Origin: Spirochaetales bacterium | GTDB lineage: Bacteria; Spirochaetota; Spirochaetia; DSM-27196; PWMO01 | Assembly (NCBI GenBank): GCA_007123465.1 | Contig: SKLB01000228.1 | Location: 1-39,999 of the forward strand | Direction: 5' to 3' | DNA length: 39,999 nucleotides | In this document: positions 1-8,473 of the stretch, piece after piece | Layout of the letters: the number at the start of each line of letters is the position of its first letter | How positions within the stretch are numbered: the first letter of the stretch is position 1 | The notes under the pieces: generated by a model | Seen by the model: the letters and a program-made list of their open reading frames with translations, nothing else | Databases searched by the model: none | Told to the model about the DNA's origin: nothing | Position numbers and translations under genes: made by a program

Positions 1-2
1 CC

Positions 3-1049
3 GCCATCCCGGTCAACGTGCTGCTGCAGCCGCGTGATTACCTGAACGCGTTTCTGCTCTACGCCGGTCTGCTCGTGGGCGGTCTTGCAGCGCTCTTTGC
101 CTTCCGCGGCTTCACCGCGCCGGCGTTCACCTCGTTCTCGGCGGTCGTAGTCGGCGGCAAGCCTACCCCATTCTGGCCGGTGGTTCCGTTGGTGATTGCC
201 TGCGGCTCGCTGTCGGGGTTCCACTCGCTGGTGGCCTCGGGGACCACGTCCAAGCAGCTCACCAACGAGAAGGCCGGTCTGCCGATCGGCTACGGTGTCA
301 TGCTGGTTGAGGGGTTTCTCTCTACAATCGTTGTCATCGCGGTAGCCGGTTTCGGTATGACAGTACTGGCCAATGCCGGACATCCGGTAGCCTTTGCCGA
401 GTGGGGAACGCGCTATAACCCGCAGGCGGCTGCAGCCGGCCTCGGCGGTGCGCCGATGTTCTCTGAAACCTGGGCCGAGATGGTCTCGGTAACCTGGCTC
501 GGCTTCATCCCGCGGCAGTTCCTGGCGATCATCGCCGGCATGTGGGTCTCATCGTTTGCCATGACTACGCTGGATACCACCAACCGTCTGGCGCGCTACT
601 GCCTGGCAGAGATGTTCCTGCCGATCAAGGATAAGGCGGAAGGCGTCTACAGGTTCTTCACCAACCGCTGGATTGCCTCGCTGATTCCCGCGGCGCTCGG
701 AATCTGGCTGGGTTACAGCGGCACATTCGCGATGCTCTGGCCCTCGTTCGGCAGTGCCAACCAGCTGATCGCGTCAATTGCGCTTCTGACCGGAACCGCG
801 TGGGTCACCAAGCGGCTCAAAGCTAAAGCCACCGTGGCCTACATACCGGCTATGGCGCTCTGGATCACCGTAACCGCGGCTATGCTCTGGTACGTGGCAG
901 TACCACTTCCGGCAACCATAGCTTCCGCACCGGCAACCGGCTGGACGGTTATGGTTATCGTTGTAATCATGCTGCTGATGAACTTCCTGTTCATCTTTGA
1001 CTTCTTCAAGACCAAGAATCTTCCCGCTTCGGCGGAAATACAGTCGTGA
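3..1049 (+). CDS. cstA: Carbon starvation protein A (CstA) family transporter, 5'-truncated by the window edge
   Basis: Frame is open from the window start (AIPVNVLLQPRDYLN). CstA motifs LLQPRDY, IACGSLSGFHSLVASGTTSKQL, TTLDT and WPSFGSANQL are present, with many TM helices. Confidence 0.93.
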   Translation, partial: AIPVNVLLQPRDYLNAFLLYAGLLVGGLAALFAFRGFTAPAFTSFSAVVVGGKPTPFWPVVPLVIACGSLSGFHSLVASGTTSKQLTNEKAGLPIGYGVMLVEGFLSTIVVIAVAGFGMTVLANAGHPVAFAEWGTRYNPQAAAAGLGGAPMFSETWAEMVSVTWLGFIPRQFLAIIAGMWVSSFAMTTLDTTNRLARYCLAEMFLPIKDKAEGVYRFFTNRWIASLIPAALGIWLGYSGTFAMLWPSFGSANQLIASIALLTGTAWVTKRLKAKATVAYIPAMALWITVTAAMLWYVAVPLPATIASAPATGWTVMVIVVIMLLMNFLFIFDFFKTKNLPASAEIQS

Positions 1050-1381
1050 GCGGGCAGGACCGATCAGGACAACATCAACAACAAGGCGCCTTCGGGCGCC
1101 TTGTTGCATCGACCCGCGGCTTCCTCAGATCGTTCTTCTCCAGTACCGACCAGGCGCATCGCAACAAAGCGGTCGGGCTTACCGAGTGCGAGGTCAGAGA
1201 GCTTGAGAATATGTTTGTCCTGTTGCTGATGGGCTCGTTTACCGGGCTGCCGGCGCCGCCATCGTTCATCTCGGCCGAGCTGCTGCCGCTTATGGAACAC
1301 GAGCTCAAGGTCGCAAACCGCCGCGCCGAAAACGCCGACGATGCGCTGGCCGAAATTGCCGGTTGCTTCGACGTAACCTAA
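1046..1381 (+). CDS. Small CstA/ArsA-associated protein
   Basis: GTG start overlaps the cstA TGA (GTGA). The core ELENMFVLLLMGSFTGLPAPP...ELLP resembles small proteins found between cstA and ArsA-like genes. Confidence 0.75.
   Translation: MSGQDRSGQHQQQGAFGRLVASTRGFLRSFFSSTDQAHRNKAVGLTECEVRELENMFVLLLMGSFTGLPAPPSFISAELLPLMEHELKVANRRAENADDALAEIAGCFDVT
1079..1106 (+). terminator. Perfect 12-bp hairpin with cUUCGg loop (terminator-like or RNA stabiliser) just after cstA
   Basis: CAACAAGGCGCC-TTCG-GGCGCCTTGTTG; the 3' arm ends in a U-rich tail. Confidence 0.55.
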
Positions 1382-1391
1382 GGATACCCTC

Positions 1392-2309
1392 ATGAAAGCA
1401 CTCTTTTTCACAGGTAAAGGCGGCGTGGGCAAATCCACCCTCGCGGCTGCTGCAGCCTGGCAACTCTCCGAACGGGGCTTCAAGGTTCTGGCGGTCTCGT
1501 TTGATCCCGCGCACAACCTTGGCGACCTCTATAACCTGCAGCTGGGCCATAAGAAGAAAAAATTCACCAAGAATCTCTACCTGCAGGAAGCTGATCTGGA
1601 CAAGGCTGCTTCGGCGTATATCGCGCAGAATATCGACATATTGAACGAGGTCTACAGTTACACCCGCGCCTTCAATATGGATCTCTATTTCAAAGTGTTA
1701 CGCTATTCACCGGGTGTAGAAGAGTACGCCTCGCTGACGATTATGGAAGAGATCTTCCGCAGCGAGACCGGCTTCGATTACATAGTCTTCGACACGCCTC
1801 CAACCGGACTCACGCTGAGGATTCTGGCGCTACCCAATATTACGGTTACCTGGATCGATCGACTGCGCCGAATCAGGAAGCAGATCCTCGAGAAGCGCTA
1901 TACGATTCACAATATCAGTGGACAGTACATAGAAAAGGGAGTGCGCCTGGCGTACCAGGAAGAAGACGATCGGGTCATCAAGAAGCTGGATGAATTGTGG
2001 AAACGCTATGCCGGGGTTTACAAGATTCTCAAGAGCGATAGCACCAAGCTGTGCGTTGTCTTCAACCCCGATTACCTTTCGTTGCGCGAGTCGCAACGCA
2101 TCATCACCGGATTCAAGGACCTGCAGCTCGGCCTGCACGTAGCCTACAACAACAAGTATCAGGACAGCCTCTCCAATGTGGCTCAAGACGTCGAGCAGCG
2201 ATTGCTCAACGGCATTACGGGAGTTGATCTTGTACGTGTTCCTATGCATGATTACGTGCGTGAGAGCGCCTACGCCTTTGATTTTGACGTAACCGCGCCT
2301 TTCCGCTGA
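1392..2309 (+). CDS. Single-domain ArsA/GET3-family ATPase
   Basis: Deviant Walker A GKGGVGKST, DPAHNL, PGVEE and DTPPTG motifs; SD AAGGA upstream. Confidence 0.92.
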   Translation: MKALFFTGKGGVGKSTLAAAAAWQLSERGFKVLAVSFDPAHNLGDLYNLQLGHKKKKFTKNLYLQEADLDKAASAYIAQNIDILNEVYSYTRAFNMDLYFKVLRYSPGVEEYASLTIMEEIFRSETGFDYIVFDTPPTGLTLRILALPNITVTWIDRLRRIRKQILEKRYTIHNISGQYIEKGVRLAYQEEDDRVIKKLDELWKRYAGVYKILKSDSTKLCVVFNPDYLSLRESQRIITGFKDLQLGLHVAYNNKYQDSLSNVAQDVEQRLLNGITGVDLVRVPMHDYVRESAYAFDFDVTAPFR

Positions 2310-2337
2310 CCAGTCTACCAAGAGGAACCACTCACCG

Positions 2338-3030
2338 ATGCAGACCGACATAGTACAGCAACCGCTATTCTACCTGTTTATCGCAGTCACTATCCTGATC
2401 TCGCTCGGCTACTCGTGGGGCAAGCGGCGTAACCGGCGTATCTATCTCTCCGCGTTCGACGCCATAACCCGGGTAATCCAGCCAAAAGATCAGCAGTTCA
2501 CCAACATCGGCGGTCTCACCGGATACCACGCCAACTTCGTACCGCACAAAAACCGCTTCATCAGACGACTGGACGCTACCATCACTATGCTGCCGCGGCA
2601 GTCGTGGCTCTATTACCCGGTATCTCGACTGATCCGCAGGTTCGACCGGCTCTTTCTGGCGTATCACCTTTCTCCCAAAGCCGCCGGTGTGCTCCAAGAG
2701 GGTCACCTGATAGAAAAGGGCTACTCACGGTTTGCCGGCGCCAGCATTGAAAATGAAGACAGCCTGACCCGCGAGACAATCGACTGGGGCGGATTGACCT
2801 TCTTTTTCTATTACCAGGATCAACAGATCCGAACTCGGCTGGAACAGCTGCGCGAACAGATAGGTGATCCCGGCCCGTTGCGCCACGTAGCGCTGGTACC
2901 CGAACAGGACCGATTGTTTGTTTTTATGATACCGCGCATCGGCCAGGTAGAACACGTGATTGCTACGGTGACACACTGGTTCACCGAACTTGTGGAATCA
3001 CGTTTACCATTGCGGCAGGAGCGCCACTAA
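2338..3030 (+). CDS. Hypothetical protein with an N-terminal TM anchor
   Basis: SD GAGGA; hydrophobic helix followed by basic GKRRNRR; co-oriented with the cstA cluster. Confidence 0.8.
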   Translation: MQTDIVQQPLFYLFIAVTILISLGYSWGKRRNRRIYLSAFDAITRVIQPKDQQFTNIGGLTGYHANFVPHKNRFIRRLDATITMLPRQSWLYYPVSRLIRRFDRLFLAYHLSPKAAGVLQEGHLIEKGYSRFAGASIENEDSLTRETIDWGGLTFFFYYQDQQIRTRLEQLREQIGDPGPLRHVALVPEQDRLFVFMIPRIGQVEHVIATVTHWFTELVESRLPLRQERH

Positions 3031-3064
3031 CTCACAGGATTGTTGAACATGCTTACCTGGTAGT

Positions 3065-4288
3065 ATGGCAGCGATAAAGAAGCACTCACCGCTACTCTAC
3101 ATCCTGTTGTTCATTCTGGCGCACTTCTTTCACCATCTGATGACCGCGCTGGTGGTACCGCTGCTGCCGTTCATCCGCGACGGCTTCGACTTGAGCTACG
3201 CCCAGTCCGGGTTGGTAGTGTCCGCCTTCACGCTGGCTTACGGAATCGGACAGCTGCCGGCAGGCTGGCTGGCAGACCGTATCGGACCGCGCTACGTGTT
3301 GACCGTAGGCGTTGCCGGTGTGGCACTCGCCGGAGCGGCGGTTGGGCTCTCGCAGCGCTGGGAAACCCTGATTATCTTTCTGATCTGCATGGGAATAGCC
3401 GGCGGCGGCTATCATCCGGCCGCGGCACCGCTGATCTCGGCTGCTGTCCCGCCGGCGCAGCGCGGACGCGCCCTGGGGCTGCATCTGATTGGCGGTAGCG
3501 CCAGTCACCTGGCCGCGCCGCTTGCGGGAGTCTTGATTGCCGGCTGGCTCGGCTGGCGAGCATCGTTCCTGGTACTTTCACTGCCGGTGCTGCTGTTTGG
3601 TGCAGCCCTCTTTGTAATACTGACTCAGCACGAGATCCGCGCCCGAGCCGGACGCGCTGCACGCAGCGACGCATCGATCAACGAGGAAGCCGAAACCCCT
3701 GCACGGCCGGCGCTGATTGCGGTCTTCCTGATCATGACCGCATCGGTTGGCGCGTTCACCGGGTCCAGCATCGCCTTTCTGCCGCTCTACCTGGTAGACA
3801 TCTTCGGGGTCTCGGAAGAGGCTGCCGCGGTGTTCCTCTCAGCCTTCTACGCAACCGGAATCTGGGCCTCGCCTCTGGGAGGCGCCGCCTCGGACCGTTT
3901 TGGCCCGCTAACGGTGTTCCTGATACTCGCGCTTGCTGTCGGGCCACTGATCGTTCTGCTGGCTGTGGCCGGCAGCTGGATAGTGGCAGCCCTGGTGATG
4001 CTCGGTGTTGGGATCACGCTCTTCGTGCGAATGCCGGTCTCCGAGACCTACCTGGTCTCTTCGGTACGCAGGCGCAACCGCTCTACGGTACTGGGTATCT
4101 ATTTTTTTGCCGGCATGGAGGCCAGCGGCGTCATTACACCCATTCTCGGTTGGCTCATTGACGTCTATGGTTTCCGCCGTGGTTACGCTTCGGTTGGCGC
4201 CCTGCTGACGCTGATCATTGTCTGCGGCTGCGTAGTCCTGCTTGGTCTCTCGCGCCGGGACCGCGCACGTCTACGGCTGCAGTCCTGA
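3065..4288 (+). CDS. MFS transporter
   Basis: Motif A GWLADRIGPR and its repeat GAASDRFGPL; about 12 TM segments. Confidence 0.92.
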   Translation: MAAIKKHSPLLYILLFILAHFFHHLMTALVVPLLPFIRDGFDLSYAQSGLVVSAFTLAYGIGQLPAGWLADRIGPRYVLTVGVAGVALAGAAVGLSQRWETLIIFLICMGIAGGGYHPAAAPLISAAVPPAQRGRALGLHLIGGSASHLAAPLAGVLIAGWLGWRASFLVLSLPVLLFGAALFVILTQHEIRARAGRAARSDASINEEAETPARPALIAVFLIMTASVGAFTGSSIAFLPLYLVDIFGVSEEAAAVFLSAFYATGIWASPLGGAASDRFGPLTVFLILALAVGPLIVLLAVAGSWIVAALVMLGVGITLFVRMPVSETYLVSSVRRRNRSTVLGIYFFAGMEASGVITPILGWLIDVYGFRRGYASVGALLTLIIVCGCVVLLGLSRRDRARLRLQS

Positions 4289-5311
4289 ATGCTGAGGACC
4301 GCCTTCACGCCGAACAATCCCCCGCAGCAGGCGGCCCAGAATATCGGAGCCGGTGATTACCCGTTTTTCGTCGCCCCAGTAGAGAATGATGTCCTGGTCG
4401 ACTACGTCATCATCGGCGCGTTCGGGGTGAACTTTCAACCGCGGCAACAGCTCACCGAGGCGTGTCTGGGGGTCACGGACCATGATTGGACGGTGACAGT
4501 GGCGCAGCGCTACAAAGCGTTGAGGCGAGAACAGCGCCTCGCGGAGGAAGCTTGCTGCGTTGAGCGTCAGGTGCGGCTGACCGGCACTGTCGACCAGGAT
4601 AACCCATTTCTTCTTTGATGCATCCAGCCGCCGCAAAAAATCGTCCGCTGGAGACAAACTCAGCGTGGGGAACAGCGGGTTCCCATCGCGGAACTCGAGC
4701 TCGATGATGCTGTCCGGATCGATACGCTCGCCCTCTTCGCACACCGGCACATCGTCGATAGCCAGAAAGTTGAGACTGCCGGTACCCTCAACGCTTCCAA
4801 TGTCGCTTTCAGGCGCCAACGAGTGCAGCCGGATGAGCTCCTGAAGGTCTGCCTCCTTGAAGTATCGGATACCCTCGGGGCCAAGCAGCCGGTCGAGCAG
4901 CAGGGCGGTAGGCCACGCTATAGGAAACAACAGCAGCTGGTAGAAGCGGATCACCGGTGACAACGCTGCTGCAATCCGGAGCGCGTGGCGCGAGAAATAA
5001 GCCTGCGGGATGATCTCGCCCACAATTGTGATCAGCACCGTAGAAAACAGAAACGCCGTTATCCCGGCGAGCACCGATTCGGCCAGCAGCGCCAGCAGGA
5101 CGTTCACCGCCACGTTGGCCCATAGAATAGTGACCAGCAGGAAGTTGGCGTTGCTGCGCAGCGCCAGAACCCGCTCAGCGTAGCGGTTGTTGCGCTGTGA
5201 CTCCACCTCCAGCCGTAAACGGCTGACACTGAAGAACGCCAGATTCAAGCCCGACAGCGTAGCGGACTGCGAAATGCAGAGCACAATGCCGATCCAGATG
5301 ATTGTTCTCAA
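4271..5311 (-). CDS. CNNM/DUF21 transmembrane-domain protein (possible Mg2+/Co2+ homeostasis)
   Basis: SGLNLAFFSVSRLRLE, NFLLVTILWANVAVN and GEIIPQAY motifs; TTG start with GAGG SD. Confidence 0.88.
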   Translation of the reverse strand: MRTIIWIGIVLCISQSATLSGLNLAFFSVSRLRLEVESQRNNRYAERVLALRSNANFLLVTILWANVAVNVLLALLAESVLAGITAFLFSTVLITIVGEIIPQAYFSRHALRIAAALSPVIRFYQLLLFPIAWPTALLLDRLLGPEGIRYFKEADLQELIRLHSLAPESDIGSVEGTGSLNFLAIDDVPVCEEGERIDPDSIIELEFRDGNPLFPTLSLSPADDFLRRLDASKKKWVILVDSAGQPHLTLNAASFLREALFSPQRFVALRHCHRPIMVRDPQTRLGELLPRLKVHPERADDDVVDQDIILYWGDEKRVITGSDILGRLLRGIVRREGGPQHSGLQP

Positions 5312-5347
5312 TTGCTGCCTCGCTTGAAGCCGTTGACACGCCCGGTA

Positions 5348-7585
5348 TCAACGCGCGCTGGTACGCGCTGCGTAGCCGATCTCATCGAGCAGAATACTGC
5401 CCGCCTGCTCAGGATCAAAGACAAAGCGAATCTCGCCAATTTCGTCAAGCTGCAGCCCGCCGGCGGCGGCCGACTCCAGCGGTACGCGAAAACTGTGCAA
5501 GACGGTTTCCTGCGGTTGCATCAGCGCGCGCTCGAGTGCGCCCAACTTTGAGTACTGGATCACCAGCGGCGGTGGCAGCGGCTGCAGCGAGTCCAGCGCA
5601 ACGCGACTGCTGTTGCCGCTGCGGTCGGTCAACTGCAGCGCAATACGCAACGGTTCCAGCCGCTGCCCCGCTGACGGCCGCCGAGCGTCGGCCAGGGAGA
5701 ACAGCAGTTCACCGTCGCTTGTGAATATAGAGCTCACGGGTGCGGGCAGCTTTACCGAGAAATGAGCTTTGCTTGCTGCAGCACTCCAGCTGATAGCGCG
5801 GGCGCGGTTGCCGCTCTGCCTCCCGAGCGCGCGCAGCGTTACTTCCTGATTGATCCAACTGTCGAGTCCTGCGCCCTCGAAGACCACGCCGGTCTCGCTA
5901 CCCACTGTGGGGTCAACGTCTGAATCAAAATCAGCTATCACGCTGCGGCCGCCGTCACGGTAGCGCTGCAACACCCACTCATCGGACATGAGCTGGCGTG
6001 CTATCCACGGCCGCTGCAGGACGGCCCGCGCTTGCCGCCGCCCGCGCAGCGAAGCCTCCACAAACGCGGTTACATACTGCCGCGTCAGCCGCTGCTGCGC
6101 GGCCGGCTCGAGCTGCGCCGCGCGGTTTACCAGCTGGCCGAACGGAAAAGACATGTCCGCGTGAGCCGGCGTTGTGCTGAATCCGCTGTGGCTGCCGCGA
6201 TACAGATACGCCAGCGCTTTGAAACCGTCAGCGCCTGGAAAGACCCGCTCGTACTGCGCAAGGCCCATGAACAACGCCACATCGCCGTCGTGCCCCCCGT
6301 GCAGCAGCAGATAATCAACCGCCTCCAGTTCAATAGCGGCACCGCCGGGCCGATAAAACCCTTCGCTCGGTGCCAGCGCAACCACGCCGGCGATATTGAA
6401 TCCATAGTCGAATTTGATTTCAGGCCGGTCCGGATGCGCCGACAAACCGTTGAAAAGCGCTGCTGCGGCAGCCGCTTCGCCGCCACGCGAATGGCCCACT
6501 AACGCGATCTGTGACAAATCGACGCGATCGAACCACGGCGATGCCGGGTCTGCGCTCCATCCGCGCCACAACCGAAGGTGTTCAAGCAGCAGCCAGGCGC
6601 GCGCGGGAATCTCCTGGCGCTGGTAACCCTCTCCGAGCCACGAAAAATTGAGAAAGTTCTGATCGACCGATACGGCGATGTAGCCGTGCGAAGCCAGCTG
6701 CTCCCCCAGGTAGTCATAGCCCAGCTCGGCCCGCCGATGCATCGGGTGGTTACCGTGAACCATCACTACCAGGGGATAGGATTCAGCGCCGACGCGGTTG
6801 CTGATTTGTGGCGCCCAGACCACGCCGGCCAGCGGAACCCCGGTTTCATCAAAGCCCCAGTAGCGCCGGCGGACCCGGCCGTCGAGCCCCTTGGCGGAAG
6901 GCAGCAGCGAGGATATGTCCACGGAGTCGTTCTGCAGACCGTAGCTGCTACGCTCTACCTGGTACGGCCCCGGCTCGCCCAGAGCGAGCAGCTGTAGCGC
7001 GGCAGGATCCGCGGCGTGCGCAGTCTCCGCGGCTGCCGCAGGAAGCGGGGCTGCGGCCAGATGTGCGTCGCTTCCGGCGCCGAGAAACCAGACCAACCAT
7101 GCAGCGTAGACTCCAACTGAGACCAAAGCAAATCCGGCAAGCGCAGCGCGCCGCAGTGTTGCCCGGCCGCTGGGATCGTTACGACTTTGAAGCGCCTTGA
7201 TGACCGCGCCAAGGCCGCCGCCCAGCAGCGCATGCACAGGTACAACTATCAGGGCCATCAACAGCGCCATTGGGACAAAGGTGCCCTGGAAAGACAGCAG
7301 CGCGGTCAGCGCCAGCACACCGGTTGCGACAGCGTAGCAGAAGCTGCGTGGAATAAGCTGCACCACAAAGCCAAACAGCAGAAGCACCGCCGCGCAGATC
7401 AGCAATGCTGCTATCGCCAGCGGGGCAACCAACAACCCAACCGGAACGCTGCCGATCGGATCGACGCCCCTTACCTTCCAGACCGCTACCGCCAGTACCG
7501 CAATGGAACTGAACAGGAACACAGCGGCGGCCGACAAGCGGGCGCCGGGCGAGCCCGAGAACATAGTGTGTGGACGGGTTTTCAC
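5348..7585 (-). CDS. Membrane-anchored alpha/beta hydrolase
   Basis: N-terminal TM helices; HGNH oxyanion region, GHSRGG nucleophile elbow, HDGDV and later His. Start placed at GTG 7585 (SD GGAGG 6 nt upstream) because the ORF-track start lies inside the predicted -10. Confidence 0.82.
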   Translation of the reverse strand: MKTRPHTMFSGSPGARLSAAAVFLFSSIAVLAVAVWKVRGVDPIGSVPVGLLVAPLAIAALLICAAVLLLFGFVVQLIPRSFCYAVATGVLALTALLSFQGTFVPMALLMALIVVPVHALLGGGLGAVIKALQSRNDPSGRATLRRAALAGFALVSVGVYAAWLVWFLGAGSDAHLAAAPLPAAAAETAHAADPAALQLLALGEPGPYQVERSSYGLQNDSVDISSLLPSAKGLDGRVRRRYWGFDETGVPLAGVVWAPQISNRVGAESYPLVVMVHGNHPMHRRAELGYDYLGEQLASHGYIAVSVDQNFLNFSWLGEGYQRQEIPARAWLLLEHLRLWRGWSADPASPWFDRVDLSQIALVGHSRGGEAAAAAALFNGLSAHPDRPEIKFDYGFNIAGVVALAPSEGFYRPGGAAIELEAVDYLLLHGGHDGDVALFMGLAQYERVFPGADGFKALAYLYRGSHSGFSTTPAHADMSFPFGQLVNRAAQLEPAAQQRLTRQYVTAFVEASLRGRRQARAVLQRPWIARQLMSDEWVLQRYRDGGRSVIADFDSDVDPTVGSETGVVFEGAGLDSWINQEVTLRALGRQSGNRARAISWSAAASKAHFSVKLPAPVSSIFTSDGELLFSLADARRPSAGQRLEPLRIALQLTDRSGNSSRVALDSLQPLPPPLVIQYSKLGALERALMQPQETVLHSFRVPLESAAAGGLQLDEIGEIRFVFDPEQAGSILLDEIGYAARTSAR

Positions 7586-7622
7586 CACCGGCCTCCATGC
7601 AATGTGCAGCGCAACAGACGCA

Positions 7623-7651
7623 ATCATAGCAGCACTGCGGCGTCACCGCAA
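7623..7651 (-). promoter_or_regulatory. sigma70-type promoter for the hydrolase
   Basis: TTGCGG-17-TATGAT with extended TGn on the minus strand. Confidence 0.6.
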
Positions 7652-7695
7652 TCCGGCGCCGTTTCGCGGCAACTGCTGGATTTCGCGGCAACGGG

Positions 7696-7725
7696 TTGCG
7701 GTACTGGTGCGTCGCTGAGTATCAT
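7696..7725 (+). promoter_or_regulatory. sigma70-type promoter, probably leaderless GATase transcript
   Basis: TTGCGG-18-TATCAT, then 6 nt to ATG 7732; no SD. Confidence 0.55.
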
Positions 7726-7731
7726 AGACCG

Positions 7732-8466
7732 ATGCGAGCCCACTACCTGCAGCACGTTGACTTTGAGGGTCTCGGTTCGATTGAAGCCTGGCTGCTAAAC
7801 GCCGGATATACGATCAGCAACAGCGCCTTTTTTCAGCCGCCCGAGTTGCGCAATCCCCTGCCGAGCCCCGCCGACGTTGACCTGCTGGTGGTATTGGGTG
7901 GGCCCATGAGCGCCAATGACGAGCAGGCGTTCAGCTGGCTGGCCACCGAGAAGCGCTTCATCCGCGACTGCATCCACGCCGGAACCCCGGTGCTGGGCAT
8001 CTGCCTCGGAGCGCAGCTGATAGCGGCAGCCCTCGGTGCGCGCGTCTATCCCAACTCCCAGAAGGAAATCGGCTGGTTTGCGCTGCAGGCGGTCGGTGAC
8101 AATGCAACCGACCTGCTGCGGCTGCCCGATGCTATGCAGGTATTTCATTGGCACGCAGAGACCTTTGACCTGCCGGCGGAGGCAGTCCTGCTGGCAAGAA
8201 GCAACGCCTGTACCAATCAGGCGTTCCAGGTCGGACGCTCGGTTGTGGCTCTGCAGTTCCATTTGGAGACTACGCCGCAGTCGGCACAAGCGCTGCTGGA
8301 CAACTGCGGCAATGACCTTGTCAGTGCCCGCTACGTCCAGTCGGCCGAGACTATCCTGGCGGCTCCTGCTGAGCGCTACCGAAGCATCAACGCGGTAATG
8401 GAGCAGGTGCTGAGGTTTCTCACCAGCAACGCTGCGTCACCCTCGCACCGCCCAGCGGGAGGATAG
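7732..8466 (+). CDS. Type 1 glutamine amidotransferase (GMP-synthase-like)
   Basis: LGGPMS, LGICLGAQL (catalytic Cys) and QFHLE (His-Glu). Confidence 0.92.
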   Translation: MRAHYLQHVDFEGLGSIEAWLLNAGYTISNSAFFQPPELRNPLPSPADVDLLVVLGGPMSANDEQAFSWLATEKRFIRDCIHAGTPVLGICLGAQLIAAALGARVYPNSQKEIGWFALQAVGDNATDLLRLPDAMQVFHWHAETFDLPAEAVLLARSNACTNQAFQVGRSVVALQFHLETTPQSAQALLDNCGNDLVSARYVQSAETILAAPAERYRSINAVMEQVLRFLTSNAASPSHRPAGG

Positions 8467-8473
8467 CAAGGCC

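Noticed and set aside
1392..2309. Arsenic resistance operon
   Set aside because: Single-domain ATPase with no arsB/acr3/arsC/arsR/arsD nearby; the context is cstA.
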